Source: Phoronis australis (taxonomy: Eukaryota > Animalia > Phoronida). Taken from it: a DNA stretch of 64,000 bases. The notes below the pieces were generated by a model that saw nothing but the letters and a program-made list of their open reading frames with translations, did not search any database and was not told the origin of the DNA. Within the stretch, counting starts at the first letter, position 1, and every line of letters begins with the position of its first letter. A program made the position numbers and the translations under genes. Positions 1 through 10,885 of this stretch are shown here, piece after piece. The stretch covers positions 275,977 through 339,976 of the forward strand of contig NMRA01000410.1 in the NCBI GenBank assembly GCA_002633005.1. The letters run 5' to 3'.

Positions 1-300
1 TGAGGTAAGATATGAATATGCGTCTTTGGCAGGTTGTCGACATCTCTAAGTACAGTTCATAACATTTAACAACTGGACTGAAACATACAGTAATGTTTGA
101 TACAAATGTTCCCATGTGAGTGAGGAGCATACAGAGGTAATGACATATCAAAGTTGTGTTAATATTGGTTTTTCGTTATGCAAGATAGGGGATTTTCAGT
201 TTTTTTATGCAGTTGTCATTTTCCTGGAAGGTTGTCTTCTATCAGGAAAGTGTTTGTTCCATCAACGCTTTCATTTATATGTTGTATTTAGTTGTCTATA

Positions 301-609
301 GCATAGGCGGGGGCCCGACCCCTCCCCCCTTGACTGCCGCCAGCAAAATGAAACAGAAACAGCGTGAAGCGCGAAGAAAAAGAGAGTTCACTAACTAGGA
401 CCGGTAGCGGATGGAGGGGTCAGCTCCCAGATTGCGGTGGAATCGTGTTCCCGTTTTTTTAGTCCACCGATAAATTTTCGGAACAGAAGGTCCGCATCCT
501 CAGCTATCACAACTTTCGGACCCCCTGTGCATATACAATCGCGCTTTGCCCAATTCCGTGAGGCAACATGTTGGGCCGCCCCCCTTATGGTAGCCTATAT
601 CCGCCACTG
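301..609. mobile_element. Degenerate non-autonomous hAT-like MITE (CAGTGGCGGAT-type end)
   Basis: GC-rich island ending in atccgccactg. The same terminus family recurs at 22077, 26219-26546, 53907 and 59750. Confidence 0.4.
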
Positions 610-735
610 TATAGTACATAAAATACTTGAATGTGATGGGTGATCTTGTTTGAATCTGCTGACAAATAAATTATCATTGTCAAAATGTGGAGACAGAGAA
701 TAATAGATTTTCCATTTACTTGATTTTCTTATAGA

Positions 736-1024
736 TTCAACATTCAACTACTGACAATAAATCTGGATCCTTGTTCACTTTTCAAAACTCGTAAACATAT
801 GTATGTATTTGTCACAGGTATTATGCACGTCAACATGAAAACAATTTTGTCTGTAATGCGTATTTTTGATTGAAGAGTTTTTATGTAGTATCATCGTGTT
901 TGCATAAAAGGAATTTAAACTATTCTATTTATTTTAAACAGGTTCCAAGCAGCTTCCTGTCTTCCAGAAAGTCACGGATAAAAGGAAGAGTCCCCCAACT
1001 GACGCAGCACGTTCAAGCTACTAA
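736..1024 (+). other. Possible last two exons (736-802, 942-1024) of a gene entering from upstream of the window
   Basis: Donor GAG|GTAAGA at position 5. Pyrimidine-rich acceptors end at 735 (ttttcttatag) and 941 (attttaaacag), with a donor gtatgt at ~803. One phase-consistent reading is IQHSTTDNKSGSLFTFSKLVNI-C-SKQLPVFQKVTDKRKSPPTDAARSSY*. No family recognised and the frame is uncertain. Confidence 0.3.
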
Positions 1025-4000
1025 ATCAGGGACACACGACTGGTCTCATTGACAGCACATGTTAGTGAACATCTTTATCGCTTACACAGAATCAGTGATA
1101 ACCATTCGTGCTACTGTGCCCTTTCTGTAGGGGGTCAACAGATTACCCAAAGTTGGAGGACCCCATTTCATTGCTGTTACAGCATTTGAAGCTGCTTGCC
1201 AATGAATCACCTTAAATGCAGCATATGTCTCTCTCGGGTCTATTTAACCTAATCTGCCTGATAGATCAGTCTATATTTCTTTTATTAAATGGTTACTGAT
1301 GCTTCTTTAATGCTAAGTTTCATGTACTGACATTGTCTGCTTACTTTGTTGTCAGGGTTTATGATTTTTATGGTATCTGATTGGTCACATTACTAGATGC
1401 GTGACATCCTGCTGGCGTAAATAAAAAGTGTTATTCCACAGGGTGGTGGGTCAAAATTATCAAACTGTGTTCCAGACAATCAGAGGACAGAAGTATCAGT
1501 TGTCATGTAATGAAACAACATGAGAAACCCAAAATTTAATGTCAGGACATAAGGTTATATGGCACCTTACTGACAAATATCTACAAACTTTGGAATTCAA
1601 CTTTCTAAAACACTACTTTAATTCATGAAGGTAGAGAGTCTGTATATAATGACTTCATCTGTCATTAATTGGGTCCCTTGACCATATTTTTTATAAGATT
1701 TGGGAAAAGGGAATACATTCATAATAAAACAGTGGAGTCGATAGCATGACCAATTTTCTTTTTATATAAATGTTCAAGGTGAAATCTGAAAACTGCTGAT
1801 TTTGTTTTTTAGTAACCCTTTTCGTTTAAATCAATGTTTGAGTTTTTCATGAAATTACTAAAAGTCCCTGTTTTAAGTTAGCTAGCCCTCCCATGCCAAA
1901 GTAGATCAGTCAAAAGACAATCTCTAAAAGCCTGATGGGGAACAGTGCATAAAGTACAAGATCTGAAAGTTTTTATTGGAATCCTGTCAGCCATTTGCAA
2001 GATATGTTTTCCGCTTTACCAAGTTTAGACATTTGTCTAGGATCTCCCATAACCTTAACCTGATGCTTGAACACTTTTCTTTTACTGCACAGTGAATGAT
2101 GTCGTATAACTGTTTGTCTTAACATACGCCATATGTTGATCACATCAGGTGTTGGCTAACGGGTTAGCAGAAAGTCCTGGGTTCAAACCTTGGTGGGAAC
2201 AAAGAGCATTTTAGGTGTATCTATGTATCACCTGATGCCACAAATTGACAGACTTCAACAGAAGTCTCCAAGACTGCCAAATTTGGATAAAGTTCTTGCT
2301 AGAATAATTTGTCAGTTTACGTAGTCGACCTTTTCTCAGAGTTGAATGTCGACATTGCGTCTAGTCCTTAATTTTTTGTTTGTGACTGGTCTTGCGCAAT
2401 AAATTGTTTTGTTGAGATTTAGCTAGAATTGGATTGGATTCTATTGGAAAAGAAACAAATAGCCTTGTCAAATTACGACATTGTGTAGTTTAGTTTGAAA
2501 AATACTGTATGCCAGCCTTTGTACCTTTACAGAGTATGCTTTATGTTGTATTACAATTTGGTGGTATGTTGGAACAAATAAAAACTTAGACCTGTCCATG
2601 CAGATATTGTTAAAGCAAAGTCACATTCTTATTTTTAAATATCTTTAAAAACTATCCACCGTTTTCGTTGTAACATAGATCATCTCCAGTGAGAGACTAC
2701 GGTCCACCCGCACTAACATGGAGAACATGTTTTCCGTGACTCCCTGAGCTTTCCAAAAAGAGTGGGCCCAACTCAAGGATTTTATTTTTGTCTATGGAAG
2801 TGTCTCATTAAAGGTATTAAAATTTTCATAAAATTGAAAATGTGAAACCCCATACTGTTTTAAATACTGGTTAGATTGCTAATGTGTTAGAGTAGTCTCA
2901 AGAACAGGAATTGCGTTTACAGTTTATTGTAATCTGCGAGAGAAAGCTTGCTTCACCTCTTTTTTGTAAAGTGAAAAGACATTGATTCCAAGTTTGCTTG
3001 TTACAGGGAACAGTATTTTGTTCTGAATTAATTTAGCATGCAGCTTTGTACCAAAGCAAGGGCAACAGATGGTATCCTATGTCCGCCCTCTTAGACGACA
3101 CCTTTTTCACAGAGTTTGAACAACTAGGTGCCATATAATAAGGCATGAAGAACTTCTTACTACACTGGCAAACAGTAAATAATAAGAATCGGTGATAAAA
3201 TGATAAAACGCAATGTAAACTCTATCCACTTAATGCCGCAATATGGAGCACAAATATTTGATAAGCAGTCGATGCCCAATCAACCACTGACATATCAGCC
3301 AATCAGAGATTGCTGTCAGCATTAGTGTTTTTACAATAAAAATGTGAATCAGCTTTTGTTTGGAGCGCAACTCGGGCAAATGTGAGTTTTATTTGTATGT
3401 TAGAACCGATTTACTGCTGCATTATTGTTACTACAGTCAAGTTTTAAACTTGGTGTTGAGTAAAAATTAATCGCCTATAATTTACTGGGACAGAAAAAAT
3501 TGCTCATAATGTCTTGTAATCTTTCAGAGAATGCTTACTTTACAACATAAGGTTTATAAAGAGAAAATAGAATGGCCTGCTTAAACGTGGAATTCGGAAG
3601 AAAATAATTGTTAACGTGTTCAATACAGTCTCAAGATAAGAAAAACGTTGTGCTTACAGCATATTGTAACCAGCCAGAGAAGGTTTGGTTCACCGTGTGA
3701 CTTTGTAAAGCTAACATACAATCATTCCAAGTTTAAGCAAGAGCGTGGCTTGATTAAACTTGGGATTTCGTAGAAAACAATTGCGAATGCATTCAGAGGT
3801 GTTCCAAACGTAATAAAAAATGTATATATGACATACTGTAACCGGTCAGAGAATATTTGTTACACCACACGATTTTTTGTAAAGAAGAAATTGAATTATT
3901 CCAAGTTTAAGCAAGGGCGTGGCTTGCTTAAACTTGGAATTGGGTACAAAAAAACTACGAAATGTATTCAGGGGTGTTTCAAAAGTAATAGAAAATGCAT

Positions 4001-4422
4001 TTACAATGTATTGCAACCAGTGAAAGAATGTTTGGTTAACCACGTGATTTTTTGTAAGGCAGAAACTAAATTATTCCAAGTTTAAGCGAGCCACGCCCTT
4101 GCTTAAACTTGGAATTGGGTAGACAAAACTGCGAATGCGCTCAGAAGTGTTCCAAAAATAATAGAAAATGCATTTAAAATGTCTTGCAACTAATTACCGA
4201 ATGTTTGGTTCACCATATGTTTTTTGTAAAGCAGAAATTGAGTTATTCCAAGTTAAAGCAAGGGCGTATCTTGCTTAAACTTGGAATTTACGGGGATAAA
4301 AAATGCGAATGCGCTCGGAAGTATTCTTAAGGTAATAGGAAAAAGGATTTTAAAAAATGTATTGCAACCAGTCAGAGAATTTTGGTTCATCACGTGAGTT
4401 TTTGTGAAGCAGAAATTGAGTT

Positions 4423-5091
4423 TGTCACGTTTTTCCCCGTGTGTGGGTGGGCGCAGGTTGTTACAGACCGGTGCTAATAGCTTTCGGTGTGACGATTGAC
4501 TGAAGACTGGTTCGAGTTAAACCTTTATTAATTTCGACCGTACGTTCACAAGCCTATTCAAACAAAACGTCCGACGTAATGTCTGTTCTATGCTCCAGCC
4601 AATACTGCGAAGCCTTGACTTGTGATGAACTTCTGAGACACTTTCAGCAACTGTTACACTCGTCGATTCAATAACCTGCTGGATCTATAGCTGGCTCTCT
4701 ATTGACTATCGCTGTAACTGCTGATTATCTTCACTGCAGCCCAACTGTAATTCTCCTGAATAACTTTCTTGAACTGACTTGATCTGACTAACACAAACCC
4801 GTGCTTGTGTATTTATAGCCTAATGCATTGTTCTGGAACTTTACACCAATTCAAGCACATTCTAGAACTTTCCTGAATCTACCCAACTATTCTACAAACA
4901 TGTACTAGTCTCTAGAATATCCCAGACAACATTAATCACTGTTATATGCTAGAGTCTTCCAGAAAGTTCCATACTATTCTGTTGTAAATAAATTACATCA
5001 TCACTTTACTTAACTCAGGGGTCATGCCAATCAAACATAACAACAAAACAAAACAATACAACCAAAAACATTGTCAGTCTACATTCTGACA
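4423..5091 (-). mobile_element. Solo LTR of an LTR retrotransposon (669 bp)
   Basis: TGTCA...TGACA termini and a perfect 5-bp TSD GAGTT (4418-4422, 5092-5096). The minus strand has a TATA-like motif (~4810) and AATAAA (~4524). Removing the element restores a satellite unit. Confidence 0.85.
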
Positions 5092-5219
5092 GAGTTATTC
5101 CAAGTTTAAGCGAGCCACGCCCTTGCTTAAACTTGGAATTGGGTAGGAAACAACTACGACTGTATTCAGATGTTTCGAAAGTAATAGAAAATGTATTTAC
5201 ATTGTATTGCAATCATTAA

Positions 5220-6405
5220 AGGAGCATGCCACCCAAAAAACAACCTAATTCGCATCAATTTAGATCGAGAAATTCTACTCCATTACACCAAGTACGGTTG
5301 CTTAACATGACACCTTACGGCAGACGGAGGTGTTGAAATTATCCAATGACGTAATTGGTTTCACACGCAGTCTGTTCAGCAGTTCACAATACGGGTTACT
5401 GATGTGAACTTATCGCTTGAATCCATCGTTTAACACCAATAAATCATTAAACTGCGATGTAAAACCCTTAAAAATGCACCGGGTTCTTATAAAAACGTGT
5501 TCTTTTATTTCGCTGTTACGGATTTATTGGTATTTGGACACACCGAAGCCTACAAAGTTCTGCAGGCCAATATCATGGTCCGTAGCAGGAGTTTGGGGTC
5601 TGTTCGGAGATAAATTCGAAGTATTTTCCGTGAGATACAGACAGGAGAACCTAGATCTGTGTTGTTTAGACTTGTAATTTTTTTAGTTCTAAACACACAA
5701 AACGCTTGTTATCATGGCCAGTGGCTCGGAGCCCGATCAGGCTCGTCGCAGCGGCCGGCTGGCCGGATTGACTCCGCGTTATCCCGCCGGCCAGTGGCTC
5801 GGAAACTGATAAGACATCACGAACATAAACCAGCGAAAGTTGGAAACTACATGTAAACTTCCAGTCAAGAAAATACTATACTAGTGAGCCAAAGTAACGT
5901 GCACGTAATTATGTACTCACTCGTCGGGGGCCGCGAATTCACTGAGGCTCCGCTTTGGCCACAGCAACGTCAGGGCAGAAGTTGTACATTGACAATCGGC
6001 ATTATTTTAATAATGTAAATGTAAATAAAGACTCCCCTAACACCAGGCCGTGGGATAGAAATGCTGGCCACAGACACGGAGATGTTTCACGGCCTCATAC
6101 TTGCTATTTACAGTGTACTTTTCATTCTTCACTACCATGAGCCACTTTCTAAACATTTGGGACTCTCGAGGAAGTCGAAAAAACGATATACCCGCTTTCC
6201 TCGCAGCAGCTAGTTCGGACAAGCACCAACATAGCGGCATTCACTCTGCAGATGAACCTCTGACGTCGCTAGCGTCGTTTCCCACCTTCGTCATAGGTTA
6301 ACGCGACACCTCTTGGCAAGATAAGGTCGACCGTATTCGAGGCAATGTGGATATAGACCTATTAAGACGGCAAAAAAGACTAATTAAATCGGGTGGAATT
6401 CTCCT
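5220..6405 (-). mobile_element. Non-autonomous Kolobok-type DNA transposon carrying a THAP-domain fragment
   Basis: TTAA on both sides (5216-5219, 6406-6409). TIRs AGGAGCATGCCACCC / GGGTGGAATTCTCCT have the RR...YY ends typical of Kolobok. An internal minus-strand ORF carries a THAP signature. Confidence 0.85.
6037..6240 (-). pseudogene. Degenerate THAP (C2CH zinc-finger) domain, transposase N-terminal remnant
   Basis: MPLC..C...KAGISFFRLP...RKWL..V......LRVCGQHFYP matches the THAP pattern (C..C, SFFxLP, W, RVCxxHF). No DDE domain follows. Confidence 0.75.
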
Positions 6406-8746
6406 TTAAGGGAAGGCTTGGTTCACGTCGCGAATTTTTTTGAGAAGAAATTGAATTATTCCAAGTTTAAGCAACCAGTGTGGCTTGCTTAAACTTGGAA
6501 TTAGTAGGTAGAAAAAACAGCGAATGCGCTCAGAGGTGCTCTAAAGGTAATAGAAAAAACATTTAAAATGTACTGCAACCAGTTAGAGAATGTTTGGTTC
6601 ACCGCGTGAGTTTTTGTAAAGCAGAAATTGAATTATTCCAAGTTTAAGCGAGCCACGCCCTTGCTTAAACTTGGAGTTGGTTAGAAAAAACTGCGAATGT
6701 GCTCAGAAGTCTTCTGAAATTAATAGAAAATGCATATAAAATATATGGCAGCAAGTTAGTGAATGTTTAATTCACCTCTTGATCAAACATCAACCAGGCA
6801 CTAATTTCAAACATCAAGCTTTGTTTTTACATTGGAATAGGCAGCAGCACAGAAATAATACAACTCAAATGGCCACCGCAGCCGTAGGGCTATGACCTTG
6901 AATGCCCGGTGCATTACTGAGGGAACATGTAATCACAATACAGTCCTTAAGTGATTTTTTATTCCAGTCCCTCGGTGCTAATCATGATGACCAGGCCACG
7001 GGAGCTTTATTTCGATTTTTTAGAAATCTTTCCTCTCCGTAGCCTACCGGTTCAGGAACGATTTCAGCCCAAGCGCCTTGTTCTGTGATTGTGTGCCAGG
7101 CAGCCGCTTAATTCCAAGTTCATGCAAGATTCCAAGTTCACGTACGGGGTGTGGCAGTTTGCTTAATCTCAATTCCAAGTTCACGCAACACTCACTTCCG
7201 CTTATTCTTGAGATTAATCAGGATTCCAAGTTCACGTACAACAGAGGACCTTGCGTTTTGTTGATCGAAACATACAACGTAAAATTGTTACAACCAGTCA
7301 CAGTACTAGTCATCCTCCATTGTTTTTAGTGTGAAAAGTCGTCAGATATTGCTCAGTTCATTCTCCCGTTTTTTATGGCATAATTAGAAATGTCGAGGCG
7401 TTGTGTTGGTGTTGGTTGTGGCAACTCTGAATTTGACCACACAGTGGCTCCTTTCATTTTCCCTCAGGACATTGGCAGAAGAGCCGGCAAAGTTTTGCTC
7501 AAGAAACTCGAGCGTTGATGGATATGACACACTGGCGCTGGGTCAAAATGATGTCGGTGGACCTAGGAAATTTTCCATTGAAGTCGATTTCCTTCTAACT
7601 TCTCGTTTTTGAGATCTTGAACTTGAGATCGTGATGTGCAGTGCTAAAAAGAAGTGTAGTCACTTGTCAAATAACGTGAGTGGTTGCCCTATTTCCGATA
7701 TTTAAACCCAAATTACTGGCGATGACACCGGGTGCGCCTTCTGTCGTTGTAGAACAAAGCAGTGAAAACAATAACGGGGATTCCGGGAGATTCCTTAATA
7801 GGTTTGTATACACTGCAGGGAGAAACAAGTCCAAAATTTCTGTTCAAACTTGATATGCGGAACTTGAATCTCAATATCCTTCCGTACCCTGCGCTTCCAT
7901 TTATCCTGAAATCCTCGACAGAGGGCGCACCCGGTGGTGAACCAAGTCAGTGAGATATGCCGGGACGAAACAGCGGTACACTTACTATTTGAAGGTACGG
8001 TTTTCCGGTTCCAAAGGGGATCTTCACTTAATATTTATCACCATTTAAATGGAACCCAGTAATATACATAGTATCATGATAAGTAGTGTCTCCAATTAGG
8101 AGACGCAGAATACTGGCCACATGTTCCAGTGGTTATACCGAGCCACAAGAACAAATGCTGACAATTGGACGAACAGGATTCGTTTTGTGTATTTTTGACA
8201 AACCATAGAAGACTTGACGGTGGACTCTGCACTCGGAGAAAGTAACTTGACGTCTAAAATTTTCGTGATTAAATTGTGTATAACCTTCTTGTTTTCATCA
8301 CAAAAAATACGAAACTTAGATGGCTCGAGTTTAGATTGTTAAATCCACAAAATCTTCCTTGAAAGTAATACGCGCCACGGAAGGTGACGCTTTCAAGTTT
8401 TGACGGTAAAAAAATCAGATGAGACATTAAAAGGGTGAAGTGTGATTTGGTACAAAATTTGGATTAATTTTAATCGAGATGAAATTGATAGTGTGCTGGT
8501 CGACTTATTGACATCTTCTCCAGTTATAAAATATTAATTTTTGGTGTAATTAGCAAAAAAAATTTTTCCTGACATTGGTTACTGTTGGGTTAACATAGAA
8601 TAAATGCCGAGGAAAGAAACTCTGACTGTGAATTAGCGTTTTTGAATTTTGTCCGGGATTATTACAATAGTGAAAAATATATAAGCTGTAAAAACTGGAG
8701 TATGTTAACTTAATGAGAAGTACGGACAGATAAAAAATTTACTTAA

Positions 8747-9399
8747 AGGAGAACGCCACCCAATTTAATTAGCCTTTTTTACCGTCTTAATCGGTCTATA
8801 TCCACATCGCCTCTTATACGGTCGACCTCACCTTAGGAGGTTTAGTTTCCAACTCAAGCTGGTTTATGTTCGTGCCAGTCACGGCGCCGCGACGGGCCTG
8901 ATCGGGTTCGGCGTTTTGTGTGTTTAGAACTCAAAAAATCTTAAGTATAAACAAAACAGATCTAGGTTCTCCTGTCTGTATATCACGGAAGAATACTTCG
9001 AATTTATCTCCGAACAGACCCCCAACTCCTGCTACGGACCTTGGTAAATTGGCCTGCCGAACTTTGTAGGCTACGGTGTGTCCAAATACTAGTAAATCCG
9101 TAACAGCGAAATAAAACAACACGTTTTTATAAGAACTCGGTGTATTTTTAAGGGTTTTACATCGAAGATTGATGATTTATTGGTGTTAAACGATGAATTC
9201 AAGCGATAAGCTGACATCAGTAACCCGTGTTGTGGACAGCTGAACAGACTGCGCGTGAAACCAATTACGTCATTGGATAATTTCAACACCTCCGTCTGCC
9301 GTCAGGTGTCAGGTAACGCAACCGAACGTGCCGTTATGGAGTAGAACTACTACATCTAAATTGATAAAAAATAGGTTGTTTTTTGGGTGGCATTCTCCT
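8747..9399 (+). mobile_element. Second, inverted Kolobok copy with an internal deletion (no THAP)
   Basis: Reverse-complement homology to 5220-6405 at both ends. TIRs AGGAGAACGCCACCC / GGGTGGCATTCTCCT. Left flank TTAA, right flank TTAT. Confidence 0.85.
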
Positions 9400-9678
9400 T
9401 TATAGTGCTTAAAACCACCATTCACCTTGTTTTGACTAGTGACTACATTGTCAGCATCATTAAGCCTTCAGCATTTATAGCGCTCCGTATCACAATCATA
9501 AGGTCAATATCCCAAAAATGAGAAGATAGAGTAAAAGCGACTTCAATGACGTATGAACAAACCTAGGGTCATTATGTCATGCCCATCAATACGCGGATTT
9601 CTTGCAAAATTTTGTGTCATAACCGCGCTTCTCCGATGTCTCGCGGGAAACTGAAAGGAGCCACAGCGTGTTCTAATA

Positions 9679-10885
9679 CGGGGGTTTTCCCATAAGCCCC
9701 TGGGCTTGTATACGAAAAATGAAAATTTCCAGGCACTTTAGGAACACCAATAAACGCCCGGGCGTTTATTCGGAAAAGGGGGTGTGTAAACGGAAAGTCA
9801 TAATTTTCGCGACGTAAATACCAGCATGAAGCGCGATATGTATTTTTGTAAGTGAAACGTATAAAGCAGCTTATCAGTTTTTGCAATATCCGCCCAGCGG
9901 GACAAGAAATGCATGTGCATGACACTTCTAGATCTCCTTGTGACAAAGATGATAGCACCCAAGGTCGCTCGGCCGGCTTGAATACTGGGCCACATCGTAT
10001 TGTGAAAAAAATGACAATGTTCGAGCCAGTTCTGTTGGTATGTGCCCTACCATAAATCCGTCTTTGACTACTTTCAGTGTGTACCCAACACAATTGAAGT
10101 CCAGGTAGCTAGGGACCCATGAACGAGTCGCTTATGATGCAACTGTTACATACAGACAATAATGATGAGGCGAGGTCCTTATTTCAACACTGGCAAACCT
10201 GTTGTGCTCATGGACGCACACCGGAGCCACGGTGCAGAAACTGTATCCGCGGAGTTTCGAAAATTGAATATCGGCTTGAAGATAATTCGAGCCAGAATGA
10301 CGTATTTCCTTCAACCACTTGACATTGACGACAACGCTCCTTTCAAAGCGAGATTGCGAGAGCAGTATCAGTATTGACTTGAAAACGAAGAGAAAGAATA
10401 GAAACCCCGAGAGGGTATTGCCGCCGCCCCTCCTACAAGAAATTCCTGGAATCTTTATCTTCAGCCATGCGGCAAATCCCGCAAGACATGACGAGTATCA
10501 GAGCGTATGAATGTTGCGGCATAGCTGGTTATGGGCAAATGGTCTATTCCGGATGAAAACATTGACATGGACTGAGTACACGTAGATTAAAAGGTTTCCT
10601 GACTGATTTTTACTTAAAATGTTTTTAAAAATTTTACGTTAATAAATGTACAGTTCGGCAAAACTTTCCTCGTTTTTATAAATAATAAATGCTCCACAAA
10701 ACTGAATTTGTCACTAAAAGTTGACCCTAAGTAGGCTTTTAAGAGGAAATTTTCCAAATTAAAGCACCACTAACTAGACACTTGACACGAGAAGTTGCAA
10801 CACCATGGGCGTTTATTCGGCATAATTTTCCGAATTAACGCACCTGCGCGTTTCATCGGGTGGGCTTATCTACGGAAAACCCCGG
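9679..10885 (+). mobile_element. Decayed pogo/Tigger-like (Tc1-mariner superfamily) DNA transposon
   Basis: TA flanks (9677-78, 10886-87), imperfect TIRs cgggggttttcc..ataagccc / gggcttat..ggaaaaccccgg, and an internal frameshifted transposase. Confidence 0.8.
10100..10525 (+). pseudogene. pogo-family DDE_1 transposase fragment
   Basis: VVLMDAHRSH...KII.A.MTYFLQPLD..NAPFKARLR..Y and downstream RPSY...AYECCGI match the DDE_1 C-terminal motifs. Stops and frameshifts are present. Confidence 0.8.

Larger units (their letters stand above)
3560..6770. repeat. Tandem ~175-bp satellite-like repeat with an internal 41-bp palindrome, interrupted by two insertions
   Basis: The palindrome ttccaagtttaagcaag-ggcgtgg-cttgcttaaacttggaa starts at 3725, 3899, 4074, 4246, 5098, 6459 and 6636. 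Spacing is 171-178 bp after removing the LTR and Kolobok insertions. The sequence between palindromes is homologous from unit to unit. Confidence 0.9.

Noticed and set aside
2148-2200. tRNA gene (B-box-like gggttcaaacc)
   Set aside because: No cloverleaf or anticodon arm can be formed. At most it is a decayed tRNA-derived SINE head.
3725-6680. CRISPR array (regularly spaced palindromic repeats)
   Set aside because: The spacers are ~135 bp and homologous to each other, there are no cas genes, and the context is eukaryotic. It is a tandem repeat.
8431-9427. Outer TTAA element enclosing the second Kolobok
   Set aside because: The ends are only loosely complementary (aagggtgaag / cattcacctt) and there is no TSD on the right, so support is insufficient.
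9617-10093. 158-aa minus-strand ORF
   Set aside because: It lies antisense within the decayed pogo element and crosses its terminus, with no recognisable domain.
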